Program-made: the position numbers and the translations under genes
Notes under the pieces: model-generated
The model's input: only the letters and a program-made list of their open reading frames with translations
The model's database searches: none
What the model was told of the DNA's origin: nothing
In this document: in pieces, positions 11,598 to 21,965 of the stretch
How the letters are laid out: each line of letters begins with the position of its first letter
Numbering within the stretch: position 1 is the first letter of the stretch
NCBI RefSeq assembly: GCF_001194135.2
Contig: NC_068990.1
Location: 34,147,862-34,211,861, forward strand
Direction of reading: 5' to 3'
Length of the DNA: 64,000 nt
DNA from: Octopus bimaculoides
Taxonomy: Eukaryota

Positions 11598-12971
11598 CTT
11601 GAGCCATTACTGCGGGAATTGAGCGACATTCCGAGACAGACAAGTTGTGGAGAATCGGTTTCAGCGTACGCGGACGACATCACCACATCGTAACCGAAAT
11701 GGATCACCTACAGAGGGTAGGCAAAGCCATTGAGGAATACGAGACGGTGGCAGGAGCAAAGGTTAATCGTGAAAAGTCAGACGGCTTGCAGCTCGGCACC
11801 TGGAAAGGCAAGTCGATGCCTCTTGACAGCGCCTTGGGACGTTGGACGGAGGGTCCGATTAAGTTGCTAGGAGTCCGGTTTGGACCAGGTCTCCGAACAG
11901 AGAAGAACTGGGACGAGGTAGCGAGAAGGGTGGCCCACATAGCCAAGACCTGGTCTTGGCAGTGGCTATCTCTGAAAGGGAGGAAGGAGGTGGCCAATGT
12001 GTTCATCGCATCGGTCATCACCTACCGCCTAACCGTCGTTCCCTGCCCTGATTCGTGGTTGAGCAGGCTGGAAAGACAGCTCTTCTGCTTCTTGTGGAAG
12101 GGCTCGAATCCTCTTGTTAGACGCTCTATTTGCTGCCAACAACCGTTAAAGGGTGGGTTAAGGATGCCTTGGCTGATGATGCGCAGGCACGCGCTGAGGT
12201 TGAAGCATCTGTGGCTCCATCTGGATGGTGATCGAGTGTGGTCTCCACTGGCGAAACAGATGTTTCCCAAGTTCACTTGTTTCGGTGAACTGGAAACCTG
12301 GTTCTATCGTAGATCGAAGTTAGATGCATGCTTTACGGAGTGTCGTAAGGCTCTCCGGATATTCCATCTCTCGGGCAATGCCTGTGGTAGTGGTTCTACC
12401 ACATTCTTCTATAGAGGGTTCGTAGAAGCGAAATGTGACGATGCCTTGGGGGAAGCCCTAGGTCTCGATGATAACCAGCTGGCCAATCTGTTCCAACGTA
12501 CATTCGGGCCGAAGACACTGGATAACTTTAAAAAATTTTTGGCATGGCAATGTTACTGAGGAGCCCTACCTGTCCAAGATGTGGGCGGGACAGGGAAACT
12601 GTCCCGCACGCTATTGTTCAGTGTTCGGAAGTGTCATATATGTGGGTTTATGCCGAACAATTGTTGTCAATTACTGGAAGAGTACAGCTATCGACTGAAT
12701 CAGTAGAAAAATTGACCCACAGGATTTTCTATCGAAAGAAGGTAAGAATTGCTTTCTCATAGAAATTGCAATTGCGAGAGAGGTGATTTGGAAGACGCGA
12801 GTGAAAGGGTTAATAAAAGGCACTTTTATCTCTGGCCCTGGCTTGGTGAATTTCTTCACCTTCATCCTAAGAAGGAAAATAGGGTTAGAGAGAAAATGCC
12901 TGTCCACGAAAATGTTTCAAGATCGATGGAAGAATGTCGCACGAATGTTGCGTATAGATGGGACCGCATGA
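11598..12971 (+). pseudogene. Tx1/L1 ORF2 reverse transcriptase C-half, thumb and C-terminal CCHC
   Basis: LEPLLR..SAYADDIT, AKVNREKS, IKLLGVRFG, LSLKGR..N.FIAS, FLWKG..KGGL.MP, CPRCGRDRETVPHAIVQC; frameshift near 11690 and stop at 12557-12559. Confidence 0.9.
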
Positions 12972-13206
12972 ATACAACGCAGGATAAACTTAAAGCATCA
13001 GTGGTAAGGCGGGGCTCGTAGGGTCCGAGCATATCCCGTTTCTCCACTCTATTCTGTAATATTGTCCTGTATATGTTATCATCCGAACTATTTATATTTA
13101 CGTAAAATTTTAAAATTCATTTTTGTGTTAATTCATACGTTAAATCTGACCCAATATCAAATTGTACTGTCCCCTCTTTGTTGTCCTCTTGTGGGAAATA
13201 AAAAAT

Positions 13207-13500
13207 TTGCGAAATGCTTACCGGTATTGTGTCTGTCTTTATGTTCTGAGTTCAAATTCCGTCGAGGTCGACTTTGCCTTTCATCCTTGTGCTTGGAGTA
13301 GAAAATAATCGTTAGCACGCTGAACGAAATGCCTAGCAGTATTTCATCCGTCTCCACATTCTGAGTTCAAATTCTGCCGAGGTCGACTTTGCCTTTCATC
13401 CTCTTGGAGTCGATAAATCAAGTACCAGTGAAGCACTAAGTCGATGTAATCGACTAGTCCCCTGCCTTCAAATTTCAGGCTTTGTGTCCTCAGCAGAAAC
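13207..13500 (+). mobile_element. Two partial SINE B copies in tandem
   Basis: TTCTGAGTTCAAATTC..GAGGTCGACTTTGCCTTTCATCC occurs twice; the second copy has the ..GACTAGTCCC..TTTCAGGC tail. Confidence 0.88.
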
Positions 13501-13604
13501 GATTATTTATTGTCTTTTTTTTTTGTTTTTGTTTTTAGATTTAATTTTTTTTTAATTTCAGCTTTTTTGCTATTGTATTCTAACATAAGTCTTAGCGTTT
13601 GGTT

Positions 13605-13730
13605 CTTCGCGAAACAATTATTGATAGGATTCTTGTATAGGAAACCGATAATTAATTCTAACTTGCCAAGTCTATCCAATTTACATCGCCATATTAAAAT
13701 GACGTCATAGTCACATGACATGTCTACAGG
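13605..13730. promoter_or_regulatory. Promoter-like motif cluster
   Basis: E2F-like TTTCGCG (minus, about 13607-13613), CCAAT 13676-13680, YY1-like CGCCATATT 13687-13695, CRE palindrome ATGACGTCAT 13699-13708, E/M-box GTCACATGAC 13710-13719. Confidence 0.35.
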
Positions 13731-14544
13731 TACTTCAATATAAAAGAAGCTTAACAGAGAACTCCCCCCCAACCGAATCATATCACCTATTATAATTTAA
13801 GAAATTTTTTTTACTAAGCCCACAATCACCTACAAGTATAATCTTAAAAATAGCTTATTCAAAATATGAACAGGAATATATTTTACAAAAGAAAGACAAG
13901 GAAAAAAGATGGGAGAAAGAAAAAACCACAACAAATGTTTTTATTGGGTTTAGGTTCATTCTATTAGTGTATCATTACTAGCAAGCTTGCTTGCAATGTT
14001 TCACCGGGGAAACATTTATAGAACTGATTTGCTTCTGGTCGATCTGTAACATGGCGAATAAAGAGATACTAAGAAAAAAATTTGTAATGTATAGATCTAA
14101 GCATGTGGTGTTTCAAATGTATCGGTAGAGTGAAATGTCACCTTTCAGTAAGTAAATTAATATCCGAAATGCTGCAGTATGTATTGTGTTGTCACTACAT
14201 TTCGTGCATTTGATACAACTCAATGCTGTAGTTTTTGTTCTTTGTTTTCAATAATCTGTTATTCTTTACACGTTGCTTTCTTTTTTACTTATCTGTTGGT
14301 TTCGTTTTGACTCATCTTGTTTTATACCACTTATTTTTTATCATTCATCATCTACTCACCTTTATTTTGGTTTTTACTGTTATTTTCTTATGTCGTTTTT
14401 GTTTCTTCATCTCTGTATTTTATTTACAGGGGTTTATTATTGTTTTTGCTGTTTTAATTTTCCATTTATATATATACATATTTTTTTTCTCATTTTTTCC
14501 CCCTTGTTTCTCTCCATTTTTTTTTCGCTCCTTGTTTCTTTCTG

Positions 14545-14670
14545 TGTTCCTTTCAGTTAAAGAGCGTAGCTCGAAACGTCAAAGACTCTCTATTCCCGAA
14601 CGTTAAACTAATACATCCATTTGTTGTTTACACCACCTGTCTTCGTCTGTTGTTTTTTTCGTAAATTCTC

Positions 14671-14690
<20 letters not shown>
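14545..14690 (+). mobile_element. Penelope-like terminal repeat fragment
   Basis: GAGC-GTA-GCTC-GAAACGTC hairpin and GAAAC signature, running into (TA)n. Confidence 0.4.
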
Positions 14691-14708
<18 letters not shown>

Positions 14709-15139
14709 CGCCAGTGGATCAAAAATCCACATTTTACGTAAGAAGCACATTCTAAACGCTAGTGCAGTAATGTATTTACATGAAATTAGATATATGCTTG
14801 GTCATAGAATGACCAATGGTTTCACATCTATAGGGCACTTAGCATTGTAGGCGACTCGTCAGACTCTATTGGACACACACACACATTATCAACGCTTGTT
14901 TATATTTTTTCTCTCTATATTTTTTAAGGTTTCTCCTTGACTAGCGTATAATAACTGCTTTCATCTATTAAAAATTACCTAATTACTCCTGAAATTGTTT
15001 CTGCTTTGTTTGAGCATGATTCTTTGTTATATAAGGCAAGTATTGTCGACCGGGTTAATATTTGGATATTTTTCATCTGATGAAAATCATCCGTGAAAGA
15101 TAATTGAAATGTGCATAATGAAATTCAGGAAATATTGGT

Positions 15140-15325
15140 TTCAAATTTTGGCACAAGGCCAGCAATTTGGGGATGGGGGTGCTCAACCGGTGCTTATTTT
15201 ATCGACTCCAAAAGGATGGAAGCTAAAACCGACCTCGGCGGAATTTGAACTCAGAACGTAGAGACGAAATACCACTAAGCATTTTGTTCACTGTGCTAAC
15301 GATTCTGCCAGTTCGCCGCCTTAAA
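15140..15325 (-). mobile_element. SINE family B
   Basis: GACCTCGGCGGAATTTGAACTCAGAACGT..GTGCTAACGATTCTGCCAGTTCGCCGCC. Confidence 0.85.
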
Positions 15326-15504
15326 CTTTGGAAACATCATTAAATTGGTTTTCTGTCTCTTATTACCATGTTACAGCTTGACTCCCCAGTCATAGCATTC
15401 TATATAATGCTTTATACGAGTATCTGAAATTAATGTAGTTTGAATATCGATCCCTGAGTCCCATGATAAAATGTTGGGCATTTTGGGGTATCACTTAGTA
15501 TATA

Positions 15505-15929
15505 CCGTAAATCTTCGAGTATAATCCGCACTTTTTCCCCAAAATTTAATGGTCAAAATTTCTAGTGCGTACTATATACGAGGTTAAAAATGAAAAATAT
15601 TTTCTAAGCAAAATTTTCTAAGTCATAAATATGTAAAGGCAATTTACTTAATATTTATTTTTCACTGACGTTAGTACTGTTATTTCTTTATTTTCTGCAA
15701 ACAAAGTGCACAAAAAAGCTTCATGTTTGCGTTATGTTATATATACAATAATAATAAAGGACGTAACCGTATATACGATTACAAACCAAGGACGTTACAT
15801 AGACCTCCTTGACTCAAGTTAGAGAAGGGGTTCGTATTATACACAAGGCTTAGGTTTTTCTGAGGTACAGCCCCCTAAAAATCCCCTGCGTATTATGCTC
15901 AAGGGTAGACTATACTCTAGGATTTACGG
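15505..15929. mobile_element. Tc2/pogo-like MITE (Tc1/mariner superfamily), 425 bp
   Basis: TIRs CCGTAAATCTTCGAGTATAAT and (reverse complement) CCGTAAATCCTAGAGTATAGT, flanked by TA on both sides. Confidence 0.85.
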
Positions 15930-16518
15930 TATATATATATATATATATATATATAAATATATAAAACAAATAGTAAATGAGTATATGCATATATACGTAC
16001 AGGTATGTGCATACCGACATCCACCTGTATCTATAGGTGCATATCTGGGTACAGGACATTGCAAACAAAACAGAGACGAGAAAACACACAAGCCACATAG
16101 AGAACATTCTACTTCATCAGCTACCTCCGTTTTAACACCGACACACGTACATACATAGATGCATGCATACGTACGTGAACACGCGTGTTAGCCCACTTTT
16201 TAAAATTCAACAACTTCATAGTCCATAACATCATGTTAACACATACATTTAGAATACTCCAAATGGCAAAATATTAAATCTCTTTATAAGGAACAGAAAG
16301 AAAAAAAAGAATGCTCCAATATCTTAATTAGAGTACTTTTCCAATGGTTTAACTATTTTCTTGCATTATTTTTTAGTTTGGAATTATATCACATGTTAGA
16401 AATACACAAGGAAAAAAAAAAAGAATGAGTATGTTTGTATACATACACATATATGCGCATGCATACATGCACACAAATACATACAGGCAAATACACACAC
16501 TGTAGTGCTTAAAATTTT

Positions 16519-16574
<56 letters not shown>

Positions 16575-16594
16575 CACACACACACACACACACA

Positions 16595-16745
16595 CACATT
16601 GGGTTAGGAAGGGCATCCAGCCATAGAAACCATGTCAAAGCTGGCAGCAGGATTTGGTGCAGTCTTCTGCCTTGCCAATTCCTGTTGAACCATCCAATCC
16701 TTGCCAGCATAGAAAACAAACATTAAATAGAGATGATGTTGATGA
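16595..16745 (+). mobile_element. RTE 3'UTR-derived repeat, old copy
   Basis: TTAGGAAGGGCATCCAGCC..CCAGCATAGAAAACAAACATTAAA..GATGATG. Confidence 0.75.
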
Positions 16746-17334
16746 CAATACATGGTTAGATGAATGAAATGGTAGACAGCAATTGAAAAGCCTATCATGT
16801 GCATTTGTGTGTGTGTGTGTGTATTTGCATACATGTGTGTAAATATTGTTCCCCTTGTCCTCCAAAGTAAGCAATGGCATTTTTCTTTACATTTATTATA
16901 GTTTTACCAGTTTCAGTTATTGACGTGATGATCAATGGAATGAGAAAAGAATACCTTACTTGGAAAACAGTTAAAGTTTAATGACAGGAAGCGCATCTAT
17001 AGGAAGTACTGTCTCATCAGGTTTCATCCAACCCATGCCAGCGTGGAAAAACATGTAAACCCAAATGTACATTGTATTTAGTTCAACAGTGGCTGACAAC
17101 ATGAATAGTTACCAAAACTATCTAGACAAACAAGCACCACAGAAAGTTGTAATTAATGCTACATATATCATTTATCTGGTACATTTGAGGCCCATTCTTT
17201 ATGTATGTTTAATTCACACAGTCATAAAGTCATAGCCCCAATTACTTAATTAGTTGTTGTGCACTCTTGATAATTAAACAAATTGCTTGAATGCACAAAA
17301 ATAGTATTGATTGGTTATATAAAGTTAAAGACTT

Positions 17335-17660
17335 TGGTCATGAATAGCCATGGGATTGTTGCCTAGAAAGTTACCTTCTCAGGTTCAAGTCTGGGCAAAG
17401 TTGTTTATGGAAGACCAACACTCGCCCATGCATACCAGTCTCCCCTCTCCACGCCAATGTTATCCAAGGGAAAGGCAAAGGCCAATACAGCTCAGCACCA
17501 GTGATGCCGCAACTCATTTCTACAGCTGAGTGAACTGGAGCAATGCGAAATTAAGTGTCTTGCTCAAGAACACACCACACAGCCCGGTCCGGGAATCAAA
17601 CTCACTACCTCATGATTGTGAGCCCAATGTTCTAACCACTGAGCCATGTGCCTTCACGCA
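17335..17660 (-). mobile_element. SINE family E
   Basis: Collinear with 4815-5128. Confidence 0.85.
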
Positions 17661-17768
17661 ACCATTGGTGATGTCCTGTACTTATTGTGTATGTTTTGGT
17701 ATTTTATCCTGTACTTGTCTCTCGTGTGTTTACGTATTTTTCACTTTTTGATGTTGATATGTATTTTT

Positions 17769-17803
<35 letters not shown>

Positions 17804-18159
17804 TTAAGGATGTATAATGAAATGAGTTTATAAACTGAAAGTTACTGTTCTCAATAACATATCACCATCGTCTTTGTTGTCATTTCACATCCACATTTCC
17901 GTGCTTTCATCAAACAGGTGAAATTCCTTGAAGCTAATGTTCCACAGCTGGGCGCCTTTCTTGTCACCAATCCTTGGCTGTTTCCAAATAAACTAACATT
18001 TTCTCCAGTCCTTCAAACATGAACAACACAATGGCTGGACATGATTTCACAAATGATTGCAAATGAATGGCATACTTGTCTGATATTGATGTACATTTAT
18101 AGCAAGTATGGGATACCAAGTCAGGAAAACACAAACACACACACACATATATATATATA

Positions 18160-18332
18160 TGTGAGACTACACTCTGAGTGGTTGGCGTTAGGAAGGGCAT
18201 CCAGCTGTAGAAACTCTGCCAAATTAGATTGGAGCCTGGTGTTGCCATCCGGTTTCACCAGTCCTCAGTCAAATCGTCCAACCCATGCTAGCATGGAAAG
18301 CGGACGTTAAACGATGATGATGATGATGATGA
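18160..18332 (+). mobile_element. RTE 3'UTR-derived repeat, young copy
   Basis: GGTTGGCGTTAGGAAGGGCATCCAGCTG..CCCATGCTAGCATGGAAAGCGGACGTTAAACG(ATG)n; nearly identical to 60800-60952. Confidence 0.9.
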
Positions 18333-18344
18333 TATATATATATA

Positions 18345-18720
18345 GGCGTAGAAGTGGCTGTGTGGTAAGTAGCTTGCTTACGAACCACATGGTTCCGGGT
18401 TCAGTCCCACTGCATGGCACCTTGTGCAAGTGTCTTCTACTATACCCTCAGGCCAACCAAAGCCTTGTGCGTGGATTTGGTAGACGGAAACTGAAAGAAG
18501 CCCATCGTATATATATGTGTGTGTGTGTGTATATGTTTGTCTCCCACCATCGCTTGACAACCGATGCTGGTGTGTTTACGTCCCTGTAACTTAGTTGTTC
18601 AGCAAAAGAATAAGTACTAGGTTTAGAAAGAATAAGTCCTGTGGTCGATTTGCTCAACTAAAAGGCTGTGTTCCAGCATGGCCACAGTCAAATGACTGAA
18701 ACAAGTAAAAGAGTAAATAG
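18345..18720 (+). mobile_element. SINE family A, near full length
   Basis: GTGGCTGTGTGGTAAGTAGC..GGTTCAGTCCC..GAAACAAGTAAAAGAGTAAA. Confidence 0.9.
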
Positions 18721-18881
18721 TATATATATATATTTATATATATATCATCTTATCTAGTTTCAGCTCATGAGCTGTGGCCATGCTGAAGCAAGGATATCCA
18801 TGTTTCATGTGACCATTTATTTAAGCAATGTGAAAATTACATCAAATGTAAAATGCTGAGAAATCCTCAGCTGCACAAAGG

Positions 18882-19102
18882 TATAGAAATTTACTGAAAT
18901 TACATTTCAACAGAAGGACATATTTTTGTAACTACATTTAAACTTTCCAAGTATAAAGGAAGAATACAAAGAACATTTTGACTTTAGCCTGTATGGCTAA
19001 GTCAAAATGGTTATTTGTATTCTTCCTTTCTACTTGGAGAATTTGAATGTAGTTACAAAAATACGTCCTTCTGTTGAAATGAAACTTCAGTAAATTTCTA
19101 TA
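18882..19102. mobile_element. Palindromic foldback MITE, about 107-bp arms with a 5-nt loop
   Basis: Left arm TATAGAAATTTACTGAA..TTGACTTTAGCC, loop TGTAT (18990-18994); the right arm is its reverse complement at roughly 90% identity by eye; TA at both ends. Confidence 0.88.
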
Positions 19103-19142
19103 TATTCTATATACTTTTTGACCTACCCTCGTATATATGTTA

Positions 19143-20343
19143 CTAGCAGAAATACCCGGCTTTGCCCGGGTTAAAGAGAATAATGAAATCTAAAAACGCT
19201 GTCTAGACTATGCAACCCTCAACTGTTAGTAGCTACGATACCATATTTCTACATTAATAACTCTCCAATCCATGCCAGCATGGAACATAGACATTAAGTG
19301 GAATGCCAGTCTCTCATCTAGGAGGACCTTGAAATCAATGTTACCAACTGGGGACTATGTGTGTCGCAGTGATAATAAAAAGACCCAAAGGAGGTCTGCA
19401 ACGAAATAATTTTACTCAACACTTTGCAAGTGAATCAGTGGAGGCAAAGATGTGTCTCATTTACTTGACAATTTATGCACCACATTGTAGANNNNNNNNN
19501 NNNNNNNNNNNNNNNNNNNNNNNNNNNNNNNNNNNNNNNNNNNNNNNNNNNNNNNNNNNNNNNNNNNNNNNNNNNNNNNNNNNNNNNNNNNNNNNNNNNN
19601 NNNNNNNNNNNNNNNNNNNNNNNNNNNNNNNNNNNNNNNNNNNNNNNNNNNNNNNNNNNNNNNNNNNNNNNNNNNNNNNNNNNNNNNNNNNNNNNNNNNN
19701 NNNNNNNNNNNNNNNNNNNNNNNNNNNNNNNNNNNNNNNNNNNNNNNNNNNNNNNNNNNNNNNNNNNNNNNNNNNNNNNNNNNNNNNNNNNNNNNNNNNN
19801 NNNNNNNNNNNNNNNNNNNNNNNNNNNNNNNNNNNNNNNNNNNNNNNNNNNNNNNNNNNNNNNNNNNNNNNNNNNNNNNNNNNNNNNNNNNNNNNNNNNN
19901 NNNNNNNNNNNNNNNNNNNNNNNNNNNNNNNNNNNNNNNNNNNNNNNNNNNNNNNNNNNNNNNNNNNNNNNNNNNNNNNNNNNNNNNNNNNNNNNNTCTC
20001 TCTTTCTCTCTCTCTCTGAAAGTATCTGTCATTACAGTATCGAAATGTGATTGTTTCAGTTAGTGGAATAGTTTCATTTTTAAAGTGAAAGTATTTGACA
20101 TGAGTGTTTTTGTTTCACTTTTGACACGTAATACTTAGATAGTGGAGGAGATATTATGTTGCTGTGGGCTCGAACTCTGCAAGAGGTTAAAATTTTTTTT
20201 GACTAAAACACAACTGGAACCCTAAGTAAGGCATCTGTAAAATTTGAATGAAATTGGTTGCGTAGTTCTCGAGTTTTAGGGATTCACACAGACAGACAGA
20301 CAGACAGACAGAAACACATTCTCATTTTTATATATATAGAAGA
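19143..20343 (-). mobile_element. Non-autonomous Helitron spanning an N gap
   Basis: Minus strand starts A|TCTTCTATATATATAAAA followed by (TCTG)n, and ends CCCGG-GCAAAG-CCGGG hairpin TATTTCTG CTAG|T. The two ends could belong to different copies because of the gap. Confidence 0.8.
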
Positions 20344-20389
20344 TTCCATATTGCTATTGTTTATATCTCACTCGGAGATTAAATATAGC

Positions 20390-20800
20390 TTATTTCTCCC
20401 TTTTTGAGATCAGTGACAGTTTGTCGCTGGAAAACACATATAGTATTTTGTGAGTGGAATGAGCTTTCATCACTAGCTTGTGATTACCACATACTGAGGA
20501 TGGGTAACCACCCAGAAACTCGAGTCCTTGTGCATCACATAAGGCTAGAGATGGGAGCGATGAAGTCTCCTCGCAAATACTAATCGGACACAAATCGTGT
20601 GTCATTAACCAGTTGGAAGAGCTGTCTTCCTGGCTATAAACATCAGCAGCACTGTTTGACTGTTTGACACTGCCAGATGCAATGGTACTGCTGAGGTGTT
20701 GAAACCATAATGATATCCATGTGGCAGCTGATGATGGAGGTATGTTGGATTGTTGGTATGGCTGTTTTGGTATATGTGGAATAGGTTCATAGCACATTCT
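20390..20800 (-). other. Unexplained stop-free frame of about 135 codons in non-repetitive sequence (candidate exon)
   Basis: MCYEPIPH..SLWFQHL..WLMTHDLCPISICEE..KILYVFSSDKLSLISKREK*. The splice acceptor is weak and there is no convincing donor. Confidence 0.25.
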
Positions 20801-21578
20801 TTTGATATATGTATGAATATGCACATACACACACACATACCTATATATATATGTGTGTGTGTGTGTGTATATAATTATACACATACCTGTATATCTATAT
20901 GCATAAATATACACACATATCTGTGTATATATATATATATATTCATGTATATATATATGTGTGTGTGTGTGTGTGTATACACATGCACACGCACCCTGTC
21001 ACTTCTGATAGCTTCAGTTAACACTTCCATTGTAGTCATTGAAATTTTATCTATTCTTTGCATTCTGTCACATTTTAAATTTCCTTCAATAATCACAGGC
21101 CTTCATTGACTCCATTGTTTTCTACTAATGCTCAGACTAGGAACTCGTAAAGCCTGTATAATATGCACATTATGAAACCTAAACACAACCAATGCAAAAA
21201 CTCTGTCTAATGGCTAGGAAAGATTAAAATAATGTTCTGAAAGTCTCAATGCTAATACCATTTCATTATAAGAAAAAAACACATAAATATTTATAACCAT
21301 ATGTGTGCGTGTGTATGAGTGCACATAAACGTATATTATGGCTACAACTTAGTTTTATGCAATGTCATCTCTTGATTGTTCTCTTAAACATGAACGACAG
21401 AGATGTGGTTTTTTTGCTAAAGACTTGCACACTTTTGCAGATGTTGCAATGATGGGCACCTCTTGCAGTAGGTGTTCATACAGCTTACAGCTCATATTAA
21501 TTTGTAATGCGTTCATTCCATTACAGAAAGTTTCTTTGAATGGTTCACTTTTTTTGTTTACAGCCTACTATAGTATGC

Positions 21579-21965
21579 TGTGGAGGCGCAATGGCCTAGA
21601 GATTAGGGCAACGGACTCGCGGTTGTAAGATCATGGTTTCGATTCCCAGACCAGGCGTTGTGAGTGTTTATTGAGCAATTACAACACCTAAAGCTCCACG
21701 AGGCTCCGGCAGGGGATGGTGGCAAACCCTGCTGTACTCTTCCACCACAACTTTCTCTCACTCTTTCTTCCTGTTTCTGTTGTACCTGTATTTCAAAGGG
21801 CCAGGCTTGTCACACTCTGTGTCATGCTGAATATCCCCGAGAACTATGTTAAGGGTACACGTGTCTGTGGATTGCTCAGCCACTTGCACGTTAATTTCAC
21901 AAGCAGGCTGTTCCGTTGATCTGATTGACTGGAACTCTCGACGTCGTAAGCGACAGAGTGCAACA
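21579..21965 (+). mobile_element. SINE family D, full length with TSD
   Basis: tRNA head GGCGCAATGGCCTAG..GGTTTCGATTCC, (CAA)n tail, and a 12-bp TSD ACTATAGTATGC at 21567-21578 and 21966-21977. Confidence 0.93.

Larger units (their letters stand above)
10600..13206 (+). mobile_element. Second Tx1/L1-clade LINE with a large internal deletion
   Basis: ORF1 remnant, then RT C-half and zinc-binding domain, then a 3' UTR ending GTGGGAAATAAAAAAT. ORF1 is joined directly to RT at about 11590-11598. Confidence 0.88.

Noticed and set aside
14235-14606. Hydrophobic 123-aa ORF that looks transmembrane
   Set aside because: It comes from T-rich low-complexity sequence giving Phe/Leu/Ile bias. The same applies to the purine/pyrimidine-skewed ORFs at 43.2-43.5 and 51.3-52.3 kb.
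17860-18120. Plus-strand frame with one TGA and an acceptor at about 17917
   Set aside because: A stop lies inside the putative exon, I recognise no homology, and nothing supports selenocysteine or readthrough.
20390-20800. Loose remembered resemblance to spatacsin (SPG11) N-terminal motifs (WFQ, LSLI)
   Set aside because: There are only a few identities, the spacing differs, a stop follows with no donor, and I found no adjacent SPG11-like exons. No gene name is assigned.
21579-21650. tRNA-like sequences at SINE heads (also about 5060-5128, 5815-5880, 50855-50925)
   Set aside because: They lack a complete acceptor stem and continue into SINE bodies, so they are not functional tRNA genes.
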